Assembly (NCBI RefSeq): GCF_000172995.2
Contig: NC_014732.1
Span: 90,001 to 122,000, forward strand
Reading direction: 5' to 3'
From: Halogeometricum borinquense DSM 11551
Lineage (GTDB): Archaea; Halobacteriota; Halobacteria; Halobacteriales; Haloferacaceae
Length of the DNA: 32,000 bases
A program made the position numbers and the translations under genes. Shown here in pieces: positions 1 through 9,610 of this stretch; the first letter of the stretch is position 1; each line of letters begins with the position of its first letter. The notes beneath the pieces are model-generated. The model searched no databases, was not told the origin of the DNA, and worked only from the letters and a program-made list of their open reading frames with translations.

Positions 1-1
1 C

Positions 2-448
2 TTTCACATTCGAGAGATCAACGCCACGGGACATGCGGGACTACTGGAGGAGTTGCGCGAGTCGCTGGCGGACGTTCGGGGTTCGACCGTGGTTCCATTC
101 GGGGGGCTCATCTCGTGGGAGGCTGACAGCACGCAGTACGAACTGGTGTGGGATGCACTGCGCCAGTCTGACGGCGGTGAGGGGTACGTCTCGTATGATT
201 TGGAGCGTCTGAAGCACGTTGCTATGCACCCACAAGAACACTCACTTGTTTTCGAGTGGGAATCGGCGTCTGAGGAGCCGCTCCTTCGTCGCGCCTTCTG
301 GCGGTTCTTCGATCCTGAAACGGCAACCCCACCACGCCGTATTGTCGTTCCTGACAGACAGCGGAGGAGAGAAGTACTTTCTGCGTTCCGCCGACTCCGT
401 CGCGACCTTGACTATCAATACACGGTCGAAGCCGACTCGACTGAGTAG
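2..448 (+). CDS. hypothetical protein, 5' end probably outside the window
   Basis: Frame 2 is open from nt 2 with no upstream stop; the listed ORF starts at a TTG at 53. The translation is acidic and haloarchaeal-like (…LISWEADSTQYELVWDALRQSDGGEGYVSYDLERLKHV…). It ends at TAG 446-448, convergent with the next gene. I recognised no family motif. Confidence 0.5.
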   Translation, partial: FHIREINATGHAGLLEELRESLADVRGSTVVPFGGLISWEADSTQYELVWDALRQSDGGEGYVSYDLERLKHVAMHPQEHSLVFEWESASEEPLLRRAFWRFFDPETATPPRRIVVPDRQRRREVLSAFRRLRRDLDYQYTVEADSTE

Positions 449-509
449 GGTCTTGAAGCCTCTGTCAACCGATCACGAAGAACCTGAAGCGCCGAAATCC
501 GACTGAAAA

Positions 510-914
510 CTAATCGTGTTCCGTGAACGGGATGTCCCGCGTTGAGAGGATGATTTCAGCGACCTCTTCGGGGTGTTCCGCGGCGACACGAACAAGGGCA
601 TCGTGGAACTCGCGGCCGGTCAAATCGCGTACGTCGTGTTCGCGGCGAAGCACTGACTCTACCTCGAACTCCGCGTCGTCCATCACCGATAGCGTCTCCG
701 GGCGGACGTAGACGCTCTTGGCTGTCGTGTCCTCGAATTCGAACGCCGGGCCAGACGATGATGACATCTGTTCGTCCGCATCGCTTGTTGCGGTATTTTC
801 TGTGGCGTCCTTCTCTCTATCACTGGATTCGTCCGCTGAAACCTCGACTTCTTTTTCGGGTTCCTCTTCTTCGACTACGTCGCCGAGCCCCGAGAACCGG
901 TTTTCGTCAGGCAT
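510..914 (-). CDS. small acidic protein translationally coupled to parA; candidate centromere-binding/adaptor (ParB-analog) partner
   Basis: The ATG at 914-912 overlaps the parA stop (TGA 909-907) as ATGcCTGA. The product is 134 aa: a very acidic low-complexity N-terminal half (EEEEPEKEVEVSADESSDREKD) and a helical C-terminal half (RPETLSVMDDAEFEVESVLRREHDVRDLTGREFHDALVRVAAEHPEEVAEIIL). The upstream 56 codons of the listed 190-aa ORF overlap parA and are R/S-rich, so I excluded them. Confidence 0.6.
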   Translation of the reverse strand: MPDENRFSGLGDVVEEEEPEKEVEVSADESSDREKDATENTATSDADEQMSSSSGPAFEFEDTTAKSVYVRPETLSVMDDAEFEVESVLRREHDVRDLTGREFHDALVRVAAEHPEEVAEIILSTRDIPFTEHD

Positions 915-1722
915 CCGTGCCTCCGTTTTCGACGACTTGCGCCAGTTTGTCGAGTCGGTCGAGCATGTCGCTGTTGGGATCGTATTCTCTGAGTGTCTCA
1001 CCGTCGCGCCATGCGCGACTGAATGCGATGCGATGGCGGAGCCCCGGCCCCGGCGATTCACCGAATCGCTCGGATCGTGCAAACGACGGGAGGTACTGCT
1101 CGAATGGCGACGATTCGAGGTCGTCGATGATGCGCTTTTCCTCGTTGTTGCCGCTCAAATCGTTTGGTACGATGGCGAGAATACCGAGATCGACTTCCTT
1201 GCGGATCGGTCGAATCTGCTGTTCGACCATGCGTTCGAATCCGCTGACGCTCGGTTCGCTCATCAGAAGTGGGACGATGACGTTCCCAGCACCGATGAGC
1301 GAGGCGTCTGAGAGGGGACCGAGACTCGGCGGTGAGTCGATGACGATGTAGTCGTACTCCTCACCGAGGAGCGGTTCGATGATACGCCGTCGGACCCACA
1401 GCACGCCGAACGTGGAGTTGCGGATACGGTCTTCGATGTCGTCTAAGTCAACGTGTGCGGGGATAAGATCGAATTCACCTCGGTCGTGGATGATTTCCCG
1501 TACGTCTACGGGGTCGTCGTCGGTCAGCAGGTCACCGACGTGTGGCTCTTCGGTCTCGTAGAGGTCCTTTCGACCGACGCCCTCCGTCGCGTTCCCCTGC
1601 TGGTCGAGATCAACGAGGAGCACGTCGTTCCCCCGCGCTGCGAGAGCGTCCGCGAGGTTGATCGCGACTGTTGTCTTTCCGACGCCTCCTTTCTGCAGTG
1701 AGACGCTCACGGCGCGTGCCAT
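907..1722 (-). CDS. parA: ParA/Soj-family partition ATPase
   Basis: 271 aa. It has the deviant Walker A SLQKGGVGKTTVAINLA (nt 1669-1692), LLVDLDQQGNAT, and the Walker-B-like YDYIVIDSPPSLG. The ATG is at 1722-1720. Confidence 0.95.
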   Translation of the reverse strand: MARAVSVSLQKGGVGKTTVAINLADALAARGNDVLLVDLDQQGNATEGVGRKDLYETEEPHVGDLLTDDDPVDVREIIHDRGEFDLIPAHVDLDDIEDRIRNSTFGVLWVRRRIIEPLLGEEYDYIVIDSPPSLGPLSDASLIGAGNVIVPLLMSEPSVSGFERMVEQQIRPIRKEVDLGILAIVPNDLSGNNEEKRIIDDLESSPFEQYLPSFARSERFGESPGPGLRHRIAFSRAWRDGETLREYDPNSDMLDRLDKLAQVVENGGTDA

Positions 1723-1774
1723 CTATCGACCCTCCATCTCGGACAGTGTTCGAATCGCATACATGGTAGGATGT

Positions 1775-2283
1775 GTGAAATTTGTGGAAATTGTGGACTG
1801 TGTTGGTCGTCCACGATACGACCGTACGTTCTGCGGCATCCCATATAACACCTCGTCAGACATTCGAGCCATCTTAGAGATTTCACAATTTCTAAAATGT
1901 CTGCAACATGCGCTTTAGAAACATTCTAAAATTCGCTTTCTATTCTCTCCTATCTAGTCCAACATTTCACAAATTGTGCGCTATTTTATCCCATATCTAA
2001 CTTCTTGGGGTTTCTGAGATGTTTACAAATTCTACAATGTTCACAGGACTAGAAATTTCTCTCGTTGCGCCTCTTAAAAATTTGTAAAACTTCTACACAT
2101 TCTAAAATTTTTGAAGTTGTCGAACTGTCCCAGAGGTGTTCACTGCCCGAGATGTTCTCGATTCTACACCGTCCGCAGTTTCCCGACTTCCTGCAGTTCT
2201 CACGATTCCTCCGAGTTCTACAAACTCTCCATTTCTCACAATTTCTCAAATTTCCACCTTGTTCACAAAGTGTGGCTTCACTG
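1775..2283. repeat. AT-rich array of degenerate short repeats (iteron / centromere-like) between divergent parA and the TGase operon
   Basis: GC falls to roughly one third at about 1860-2120, versus over 60% in the flanks. There are roughly 15-20 copies of a TTC[T]NNCA-type motif (TTCACAA, TTCTACA, TTCTCAC, TTCTAAA, TTCCACA). The exact 13-mer ACATTCTAAAATT occurs at 1921-1933 and 2097-2109. A ~20-bp unit, ATTTC(T)CACAATTTCT(A/C)AAAT, occurs at ~1880-1898 and ~2231-2251. Inverted copies lie at 1775-1797 (gtgaaatttgtggaaattgtgga). Confidence 0.6.
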
Positions 2284-2301
2284 TCTGTCACGACGGACGC
2301 G

Positions 2302-2313
2302 TAGATATATAAG
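2302..2313 (+). promoter_or_regulatory. TATA-like box upstream of the transglutaminase operon
   Basis: The sequence tagatatataag lies at the right edge of the AT-rich region. It would place a transcription start near 2330-2340, upstream of ATG 2377. Confidence 0.35.
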
Positions 2314-2376
2314 CCGACGAGACAGTTGGCCGATAAACGGGCTCCGTATCGAACGCTGTCTCGATGCCTTCCTATC

Positions 2377-5205
2377 ATGGATGACGACAGAACGACACTG
2401 AACACTGGTGATGGACCGAGTATCGGGAGAGTCATCCTCGCGTGCTGTTGCGTTGTCGCGGTGATTCTCTCGGCCGCACTCGTCGCACCGCTCTCGACTG
2501 CCATCGGTGACGCGCCAGCGGACTCGCTCGTCGTATTCAAAGCGGACTCCGGTTCCGGACCGGGTGGCCTTGGCGCACTCAACCCGGGATCAAAGACGAG
2601 CGTTGGCGGTGGTGTTACAGACGACTCAAATCCGTACCGCTCGCTCGATACTGAGGTTCACTTTACCGTCGAGAGCCCGGAATCGGCATACTGGCGAACC
2701 GGTTCGTACGCGACGTACTCCGGTTCAGGCTGGGAACAAACCACCGACTCACAACCGTACAGCGGCGACATCTCACCAGCTGCTCGCGGTGAGCGAATGA
2801 CCTACCGCGTCTCGTTGAAGACATCTGCAACGGCGCTTCCGACGGCGTGGCGACCAAACACGGTCAATCTCGACAGCGACACGGATCTTGCTGTCACCGA
2901 GGGCCGGGCCGTGACCGCATCGTCAGGCCTTGACGCCGGAACAACCTACACTGCTGAAAGTACTCGGCCGCCGCGGAACACAGACGTACTTCGGACTGCA
3001 GGAACTGGCTACCCTGAACCCGTCCAGTCGCGGTACACTGCGCTCCCCGATACGCTTTCACCGCGCATCGCCAGTCTCACAGCCGACATCACTGCCAACG
3101 CCTCGACGCCCTACGAGAAAGCCGTCGCTATCGAGCGATATCTGGAGTCGAACAAGGACTACTCGCTGTCGGCATCGCACGACGGCGACGACCCAGTTTC
3201 GTCGTTTCTGTTCGAGATGGACGACGGGTACTGTGAGTACTTCGCCTCCTCGATGGCCGTGATGCTTCGTACGCAGGACATTCCTGCCCGCTACGTCGTC
3301 GGTTACTCGTCCGGCGAACTGACCGGAGACAACACGTACACGGTCCGAAATATGAACGCCCACGCGTGGGTCGAAGTGTACTTCCCCGATGTCGGATGGG
3401 TCCGCTTCGACCCGACGCCCGGCCAAGCGCGTCTCGATGCCGAACGCACCGCTTTCGAGCGGCAGGAGGACGGAACCTACGAGACGCCAGCGACGACGGA
3501 GACGCCCGATTCGACTACGACGCCGACAGCCGAATCGCAGAGCCCAACCGATGCATCGACGCCGACGCCGTCGGATAGCGGAACGAGTGCTGACGGCTCG
3601 GCAGACGACGGGACGGCTGATGACGGAACCACGGATGACGGCACGGCGGACGAGGGAGCAACCGGTGACGGGACAGACGAGGGTGACTCCGACGATACGG
3701 ACAAACAGACGCCCGGCGGGACGCCATCAGGGCCATCGTTCTCGCTCAATCGGACACCGGTTCCCGGTGCTGACGTGACTGTAACCGTGACGAATTCGGG
3801 CGACGCTGTTTCGGATCGGACAGTTCTGTTCAACGGTGACCCGGTCGGTGTGACCGACATCGAAGGACAGGTAGTCGCAACGGTCCCGTACGCGTCCAAC
3901 TTGACCATCTCTCTTGCACCCGAGGGCGAGAGGGCCTCGCTCATCGCAGCGGATATCGGCCCTATTCCGCAAGATAGCGACGCCTCGTTCTCGGTGCGAG
4001 ATCCGGCGCTTTCGGTCAGCGCGTCGAACGACTCCGTCTCGTATCCACTGGACACGAACGCCTCACTGTCGTTCGTCGGGTCCAAAGTGACCGCGAGCGA
4101 GCTTCTCGTCGTCGCTACCGTCGATACCGTCCCCATCCGCGACGCCCGCGTGAGCGTTGATGGCGAGACAGTCGGTCGGACCGACGCGACCGGACGGACC
4201 GAGTTTACGCTCCCCGAAGAACCCGGAAACGTCACTGTCAGCGTCTCTCGTGGGGAAGTCAGCGGCGAGCAATCGCTCACGCTTGACGCGCTGTCGGTCC
4301 GCATCGACCGGCCGTCGATTCCACTCCCGTATTCGACGGCGACAGTTCACACGACGCTCGGAAACGAGAGTGCAGGCGGCGTCCCCGTCTCCATAAACGG
4401 TGACCGCGTCGCAACCACCGGGCCGAACGGCTCGGCGACGGTCACGCTCCCGCTCGCTTCGTCGGCCCGCGTCGTCGCCGCGCGGTACGGGCAGACGAGT
4501 ACAACGTCCGTCTCGGGGATGCTCCTGAACGCCGGCGCACTCTTCGGAACGGTTCTCATCGGCGTCGGTGCCGTCTTCGGAACTGCCTACAGACGTGGCT
4601 CCTCGCCGCTCGCGTACCTGTCGGCTCTTCGCTCCCGTGCGTCCGCTCTTCTCGATACACTGCTGGGCGTCCTCGTTTCGGGTGCCGGACTCGCAGACAC
4701 ACTTTTGGACGGATTTCGAGCGCTTCACGCCCGACTTCGGACCGTCGTTCAGGGTGTCGTAGACCGAACCATCGCACTCGGTGAACTCCCCGGACTCGCC
4801 GCCGCGTGGGTCACAGCGCGGCTTGCCCGCCTCCGCAACAGTGGTGAGTCGGTCACCGAACGTGTCGCTCGACGGGCGGGCGTTATAGACGACCCGCTGG
4901 ACCCTGAGGCGCGGACAATCCGCGATTGTTGGGACGAGTTCCGAGGGCACGTCACCGTCCCAAAGCAGGCCTCGCGCACACCGGGAGAGCTCGCCGCTCA
5001 CGCCGTCGAAGCCGATGGACTCCCCGCGGAACCGGTGTTCGTGATTCGAGACGGCTTCCGGGATGTCGAGTACGGTGGGCGGTCCCCGACCGACCGCTCC
5101 GAACAGATGACGCGCGCGATGGCTGAGATTCGGGCCGCAATCGACGACACCGATGCGGGTGGCGACGAGACGGATACTGAAATCAGTGGGGAGGACGCCC
5201 GATGA
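2377..5205 (+). CDS. transglutaminase-like membrane protein (TgpA-like) with a DUF4129-like C-terminal tail
   Basis: 942 aa from ATG 2377; the ORF opens at TTG 2326.
- N-terminal TM: [22 protein letters not shown].
- Cys-His-Asp core: [17 protein letters not shown] (Cys 3232-3234), [10 protein letters not shown] (His 3361-3363), WVRFDPTP (Asp 3409-3411).
- T/P/S/D-rich linker at about nt 3481-3720, with DDGTA-type repeats.
- Three similar beta-sandwich-like repeats: [25 protein letters not shown]; [24 protein letters not shown]; [24 protein letters not shown].
- A second TM ([20 protein letters not shown]), then a tail with …[17 protein letters not shown]…[11 protein letters not shown]…. Confidence 0.9.
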   Translation: MDDDRTTLNTGDGPSIGRVILACCCVVAVILSAALVAPLSTAIGDAPADSLVVFKADSGSGPGGLGALNPGSKTSVGGGVTDDSNPYRSLDTEVHFTVESPESAYWRTGSYATYSGSGWEQTTDSQPYSGDISPAARGERMTYRVSLKTSATALPTAWRPNTVNLDSDTDLAVTEGRAVTASSGLDAGTTYTAESTRPPRNTDVLRTAGTGYPEPVQSRYTALPDTLSPRIASLTADITANASTPYEKAVAIERYLESNKDYSLSASHDGDDPVSSFLFEMDDGYCEYFASSMAVMLRTQDIPARYVVGYSSGELTGDNTYTVRNMNAHAWVEVYFPDVGWVRFDPTPGQARLDAERTAFERQEDGTYETPATTETPDSTTTPTAESQSPTDASTPTPSDSGTSADGSADDGTADDGTTDDGTADEGATGDGTDEGDSDDTDKQTPGGTPSGPSFSLNRTPVPGADVTVTVTNSGDAVSDRTVLFNGDPVGVTDIEGQVVATVPYASNLTISLAPEGERASLIAADIGPIPQDSDASFSVRDPALSVSASNDSVSYPLDTNASLSFVGSKVTASELLVVATVDTVPIRDARVSVDGETVGRTDATGRTEFTLPEEPGNVTVSVSRGEVSGEQSLTLDALSVRIDRPSIPLPYSTATVHTTLGNESAGGVPVSINGDRVATTGPNGSATVTLPLASSARVVAARYGQTSTTSVSGMLLNAGALFGTVLIGVGAVFGTAYRRGSSPLAYLSALRSRASALLDTLLGVLVSGAGLADTLLDGFRALHARLRTVVQGVVDRTIALGELPGLAAAWVTARLARLRNSGESVTERVARRAGVIDDPLDPEARTIRDCWDEFRGHVTVPKQASRTPGELAAHAVEADGLPAEPVFVIRDGFRDVEYGGRSPTDRSEQMTRAMAEIRAAIDDTDAGGDETDTEISGEDAR

Positions 5206-5978
5206 AGGCGCTCCGAACTGTCGCTGGCCTCGCCGGAATCGTCGTCGTCGCCGTCACTATCGGACTCGTCGCCGGCGTCGTGACACCAGTTTCGGCGCTT
5301 TCGGAACGGGTCAGTTCGCTCGACGGCGAACAGTACCTCTTAGCTCTCGCCGCGGTGTTGCTCCTCGGTGGGCTTTGGTTCGCTCGCCGCCGTGCTTCAT
5401 CAACCAGTGACCGCTTTACGGAGCTCAGAGAGATGCCCCCCGAGGGCGCTTCTGCTCCGGCGTCAATTCGCGTCGGCGGCCGGTTCGACCGGGTCGTCGG
5501 CAACGCGCTCTCGTCAGACGATGACGACGCGATGACCCCGGTCGTTACTCGGCTTCGGGAGACGGCGACCGGCCTGTACGCCGACGTGGCGAACGTTGAC
5601 CAACAGACGGCACGCCGCTGTATTCGAAACGGTGAGTGGACGGACGACGAACTCGCCGCGGCGTTCCTCGCAGCGGGGTCAGGGCAAGCTCCACTTCGGT
5701 CTCGCATCCGGGTGTGGCTCGACCCGCCACGAGAGCGTCGTCGCCGGGTCGATGCCACGCTAGACGCACTGTTCGAACTCCGCGAGGGTGTGGTTCCGGC
5801 GAGTGAAGACTCCGAACGACTGGCCGAACGGGAGTCGGAGACGCTGCGCGAATCCGAAGATTCTGCGGGACGTGAGCCAGAGACCTCCGGAACTGACGAG
5901 GGTGAGGTTGAGAGCATCGCTCCCGACGAAACTGATCACGCGTCGGCCACGAAAGTCGATGCCGGTGGTGAGCAATGA
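5202..5978 (+). CDS. hypothetical membrane protein (two N-terminal TM helices), operon member
   Basis: Its ATG overlaps the upstream stop (ATGA at 5202-5205). The product is 258 aa with N-terminal TMs ([34 protein letters not shown]) and an acidic/Arg-rich soluble tail. No catalytic motif was recognised. Similar small proteins accompany DUF58 genes in haloarchaea as far as I recall, but I could not verify this. Confidence 0.7.
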   Translation: MKALRTVAGLAGIVVVAVTIGLVAGVVTPVSALSERVSSLDGEQYLLALAAVLLLGGLWFARRRASSTSDRFTELREMPPEGASAPASIRVGGRFDRVVGNALSSDDDDAMTPVVTRLRETATGLYADVANVDQQTARRCIRNGEWTDDELAAAFLAAGSGQAPLRSRIRVWLDPPRERRRRVDATLDALFELREGVVPASEDSERLAERESETLRESEDSAGREPETSGTDEGEVESIAPDETDHASATKVDAGGEQ

Positions 5979-7363
5979 CGACGCTTCGGCGCGATGACCG
6001 ATGGAACGTCGGCCTCGTCGGAACGCTGTCGCTCGTCGGTATCGGCCTTGCCTACGCGAATCCGACGCTCGTCGCGGCGGCGGTGATCCCCCTCACCTAC
6101 GTCCTCTACGATGCATTCTCATCGCTCCCCGAAACTGTCGAACTCGGCATTCGTCGGGAGTTCGATCCGGTGGCACCCGCTCCCGGCGAACGCGTCACTG
6201 TGACGCTCACCGTCGAGAACAGTTCGGCCACGGAATCCTCATCAGCAACCGACGACGCAAGTGATGACGGCGGCCGAACGCTCACTGACGTTCGCGTCGT
6301 GGACGGCGTCCCCGCCGCACTCGCCGTCGAATCCGGGTCGCCCCGCGCGAGTCTGTCACTCGCCCCGGGTGAGACGGAGACGGTCACGTACGACGTCGTC
6401 GCAACCCGCGGTGACTTTGCGTTCGACGACGCACTCGTTCGTCTGCGCTCCGTCGCGGGCACCAGCGTCCTCACCAGCGAGGTGGCCGTCGGCGGCGACG
6501 AAGTGCTTTCGTGTTCCGGCGGACTGACAGATGCGTCGGTCGCGGAGGCCACGCCCTGCAGAGCCGGAACAGTGCCCGCCGATTCGGGCGGGTCGGGGTT
6601 GGAGTTTCATTCGACGCGTGAGTACCGGTCCGGTGACCCACTTTCGCGCGTCGATTGGCGGCATCTCGCCAAGACTGGCGAACTCACTACCGTCGAGTTC
6701 CGCGAGCAACAGGCCAGTCGTGTCGCTGTCGTCGCCGACGCCCGCGAACCGATGCGCGCTGTCGCTGGTCCCGGTCGCCCGACGGCGGCGGAACTGTGCG
6801 CCTACGCTGCGTTGCGGACGCACCGCACGTTGACCGCCGATGGACACGACGTGGCGGCAACAGCTCTCGGTCTCGACTCAGTTGAATTTCCAGATGCCGT
6901 TGCTGTCGGCCCTGACGGTCTCCCGTGGCCCGACGGCCCGCGGGAAGCGGAAGCGATGTTCGATGCCGCCAGTGTCGCGGCCGCTGAGACGGCGACGACA
7001 GCAACTGATGGGGGCGTGGTGGACTCCGACAGTGAGCGACGCGGCGTATCACGCGACTCGCGCGCAGCAACCGTCGCGGCGACGCTGGATGCCCGCCTCG
7101 CGTCCGACGCACGGATTGTCCTCTTTTCACCGCTTCTGGACGACTATCCGGCGACGCTTGCCCGCGCACTTCGGAGACGTGGCCGCTCGGTCGCTGTACT
7201 CTCGCCCGACGTGACCGGTCGGGAGACGCCCGGACTCGCCCTCGCGTCGCTTGACCGAACCCGCCGACGAACCGCACTCGAACGGACTGATGTCACCGTC
7301 GCTGACTGGACGCCCGAACGACCGCTCGACGACTCGCTCTCGCACGTACTTACAGACAGATGA
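5975..7363 (+). CDS. DUF58 domain-containing protein (MoxR-associated family)
   Basis: ATGA overlap at 5975-5978. 462 aa with two N-terminal TMs and an Ig/CARDB-like segment (ERVTVTLTVENS…VVDGVP…ETETVTYDVVA). The hallmark DUF58 motif is present: FHSTREYRSGDPLSRVDWRHLAKTGELTTVEFREQQ. Confidence 0.9.
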   Translation: MTTLRRDDRWNVGLVGTLSLVGIGLAYANPTLVAAAVIPLTYVLYDAFSSLPETVELGIRREFDPVAPAPGERVTVTLTVENSSATESSSATDDASDDGGRTLTDVRVVDGVPAALAVESGSPRASLSLAPGETETVTYDVVATRGDFAFDDALVRLRSVAGTSVLTSEVAVGGDEVLSCSGGLTDASVAEATPCRAGTVPADSGGSGLEFHSTREYRSGDPLSRVDWRHLAKTGELTTVEFREQQASRVAVVADAREPMRAVAGPGRPTAAELCAYAALRTHRTLTADGHDVAATALGLDSVEFPDAVAVGPDGLPWPDGPREAEAMFDAASVAAAETATTATDGGVVDSDSERRGVSRDSRAATVAATLDARLASDARIVLFSPLLDDYPATLARALRRRGRSVAVLSPDVTGRETPGLALASLDRTRRRTALERTDVTVADWTPERPLDDSLSHVLTDR

Positions 7364-8985
7364 CAGACTCACCGCTTTCGGACCTCGAAACGACCGACGC
7401 CGCGCCTCCGGCGTCGAACTGGCGACCCACCGCGTTGAGTATCGCTGTTGTACTCTGCTGTACGGCGATTCTCGGCGGTCTACTCACGGGTGCGACGCAA
7501 CTCTGGAACGCTGTTCTCCCGGCCGCGGGCGGCGCGGCGCTGCTCGCGGGTGCTATCTCGCTCGCGGCGGCGACGGCGTACCGTCCGCTTTCGCGGTTCG
7601 TCGCTGCCTGCCTTCTTCTCCCGGCGAGTGCGGGCGTCGTCGCCGGCTTGGGGTACGTGTTCGCCAAGCAACTCGGCGGTACGTACCCTGTCGGGTCGGT
7701 GTTCGTCGTCGTCAGCCTCACAGCGGCGGGGTTCGGAGCGGCGGCGGCGGTCAGAGATACGCTTGAATCCGACGCGTTAGAGTCGGCACTCGCGGTCGCA
7801 ACGGTTGCTTCGCTCCCACCGACGTTCGCGTTTGTCCCGCTTGCTATCGTCCGTATCTTCGAGGAGTTCTCCGCAACGCTGTACGTTCCAGTTCTCGTCC
7901 CCGACCCGGTTCCGGCGGCGGCGTTCCCCGGTGCACTCGTTGGCGGCGTCCTTCGATTCCTTGTCGCACCGACGCACGAAGGACCGCATCTGTTTTCGTT
8001 TGCCCTCGTCTGCTATCTCGCCGTCATCGGTCTCGAGACCGTTCTCCGGACGTATCCGGTGGCAGACCTCGTCCGGCCGAACAAGCCGGAGGCCGCGGAT
8101 CGCGTCCTCGACCCACTCAAACGAGGATTGACGGCGGCGACCACACTCGGCACGCTCGTCGTCTTTATCTTGGGAATTCTCTTTCTCGCTCCGCGTGGAT
8201 TCGAGATGCTTCCCGCAACGATTCTCGATCCGGTGACGACGCTCGCGGGAGTCGATATCCTTCGTGTCGTTCTCTTTCTCGGCGGCGTCGTCGGCATTCT
8301 CCTCGGTATCGGGTCGTGGGGACTCAGGCGCTTCTACGACGCCTCTAAAGACGAACTCAGAAAGTCAACTCCCTCGCTGGTAGCCGGTTCCGCTGTCGTC
8401 ATCGGAGCGTTCACGCTCCACGAACCCGTACTTACGGCACTCCTCGATGCGATTCTCGATGTCCTTCCTGCGGCGTATGCGGGGGATGTGCAGACGCAGG
8501 CGGACGCCGTCATGGCATTCTACGGCGGTGAGGTGGTCGTTCTCGGCCTCTGTGCCGGGTTGCTCTTCGTCGCTGCTGTCGCTTTCGCGGTGCTGTACGG
8601 CGTGGTCAACATCGGCGTCATGACTGACAGGGCCGCCGGTGCCGCCGTCGCGGGCGCGGGTCTGTTCGTCGCGTCAGCAGTCGCCGCCACCGTTGGTGCG
8701 GGAACAACGCTCGTTCTCGCGGGGCTTGTCGGCGGACTCATCGTCCGCGACGCCGGAACTCACGGCGTGACTCTTGGTCACGAAATCGGTCGTCTCGGCG
8801 AGACACGCCGCGCGGAACTCGTCCACCTCGCCGTCACTGCTATCGTTGGCGTCGTCGCCGCGATAGCCGCTGTTGGCCTCGCGGACTTCCTCGGTCGAAT
8901 CCCGGCCCTCGATGGCTCGGGGCTGTCTCTCGCTCTCGGTGGCGCGGTTCTCGGCGTCCTATTTTTCGTTGTTGCTCTGCGCTGA
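7360..8985 (+). CDS. large polytopic integral membrane protein, uncharacterised, operon member
   Basis: ATGA overlap at 7360-7363. 541 aa, almost entirely hydrophobic A/L/V/G-rich segments (at least 12 predicted TM helices by eye). No recognisable motif. Confidence 0.75.
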   Translation: MTDSPLSDLETTDAAPPASNWRPTALSIAVVLCCTAILGGLLTGATQLWNAVLPAAGGAALLAGAISLAAATAYRPLSRFVAACLLLPASAGVVAGLGYVFAKQLGGTYPVGSVFVVVSLTAAGFGAAAAVRDTLESDALESALAVATVASLPPTFAFVPLAIVRIFEEFSATLYVPVLVPDPVPAAAFPGALVGGVLRFLVAPTHEGPHLFSFALVCYLAVIGLETVLRTYPVADLVRPNKPEAADRVLDPLKRGLTAATTLGTLVVFILGILFLAPRGFEMLPATILDPVTTLAGVDILRVVLFLGGVVGILLGIGSWGLRRFYDASKDELRKSTPSLVAGSAVVIGAFTLHEPVLTALLDAILDVLPAAYAGDVQTQADAVMAFYGGEVVVLGLCAGLLFVAAVAFAVLYGVVNIGVMTDRAAGAAVAGAGLFVASAVAATVGAGTTLVLAGLVGGLIVRDAGTHGVTLGHEIGRLGETRRAELVHLAVTAIVGVVAAIAAVGLADFLGRIPALDGSGLSLALGGAVLGVLFFVVALR

Positions 8986-9039
8986 GGTGCCTCTCGGACG
9001 GCCACTGGACTTTACCGCTGACACCGTGACTGTCGGGAT

Positions 9040-9591
9040 ATGTCCGGGCCAGTGTTTCTCGAAGGCGATGGCGTCGCACTCTGTCCGGCCGACCAGTCGG
9101 ATCTCAACTTTCTACGGACACACGAGAACGATCCCCGCGTCCGCAAAACGAGAACCGTCAGGTTTCCGACCAGTACGGATCATGCTACTACCCGTCTCGG
9201 CGGGACGATGGGTCGAAACGAGGAAACCGTCGGTCTCGTCATTCGCGCTGACGACGAATCGGTCGGGTTCGTCTACCTCCTTCGTGAGGACCCGAACGCC
9301 ATCGACTTTCGCTACGCGGAGTTGGCCTACTGGATCGCTTACGAACACTGGGATGCGGGATACGCGACGGCCGCCGCGAAGACGATGGTCAAGTACGGCT
9401 TCGATGAGCTCGGTCTCCACCGCATCACAGCCTCGACGCTCGCCAGTAACGAATCTTCGAAACGCGTCTTGGAGAAAGTCGGATTCGAACGCGAGGGAGT
9501 CGCCCGCGAGGAAGTATATACCGACGGCGAGTGGCACGACCGGATTCGGTATGGACTGCTCGCAGACGAGTGGCGCGCGGATAACTCGTAG
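9040..9591 (+). CDS. GNAT-family N-acetyltransferase (RimJ/RimL-like)
   Basis: 183 aa. Typical RimJ/L-like layout: VFLEGDGVALCPADQSDLNFL…, AELAYWIAYEHWDAGYATAAAKTMVKYGFDELGLHRITASTLASNESSKRVLEKVGFEREGV…DGEWHDRIRYGLL. Confidence 0.9.
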   Translation: MSGPVFLEGDGVALCPADQSDLNFLRTHENDPRVRKTRTVRFPTSTDHATTRLGGTMGRNEETVGLVIRADDESVGFVYLLREDPNAIDFRYAELAYWIAYEHWDAGYATAAAKTMVKYGFDELGLHRITASTLASNESSKRVLEKVGFEREGVAREEVYTDGEWHDRIRYGLLADEWRADNS

Positions 9592-9610
9592 TGACCGAGT
9601 ACCGACTCTC

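Noticed and set aside
1233-1242. GTTCGAATCC, a T-arm-like tRNA signature.
   Set aside because: It lies inside the parA coding frame, with no acceptor, D or anticodon stems around it. I found no tRNA-like cloverleaf anywhere in the window.
718-1701. Plus-strand ORFs 718-1311, 758-1351, 1379-1561 and 1453-1701 overlapping parA and its partner.
   Set aside because: They are shadow ORFs opposite a ParA gene with a perfect Walker A. Their composition (S/R/F-rich) is unlike halophilic proteins.
1658-2582. ORFs crossing the AT-rich repeat field: 1658-1918 (+), 2049-2582 (-), 2065-2304 (+) and 2111-2401 (+).
   Set aside because: Their translations are Cys/Phe/Ser/Arg-rich and basic, they span obvious non-coding repeats, and they overlap each other. 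I treat the region as regulatory/centromere-like DNA.
3477-5917. Long minus-strand ORFs antisense to the TGase operon: 3477-4304 (275 aa), 4063-5001 (312 aa) and 5183-5917 (244 aa).
   Set aside because: They are typical high-GC shadow ORFs with S/R/P/T-rich, basic, low-complexity translations. The opposite strand carries clear transglutaminase and membrane-protein signatures and coupled start/stop overlaps.
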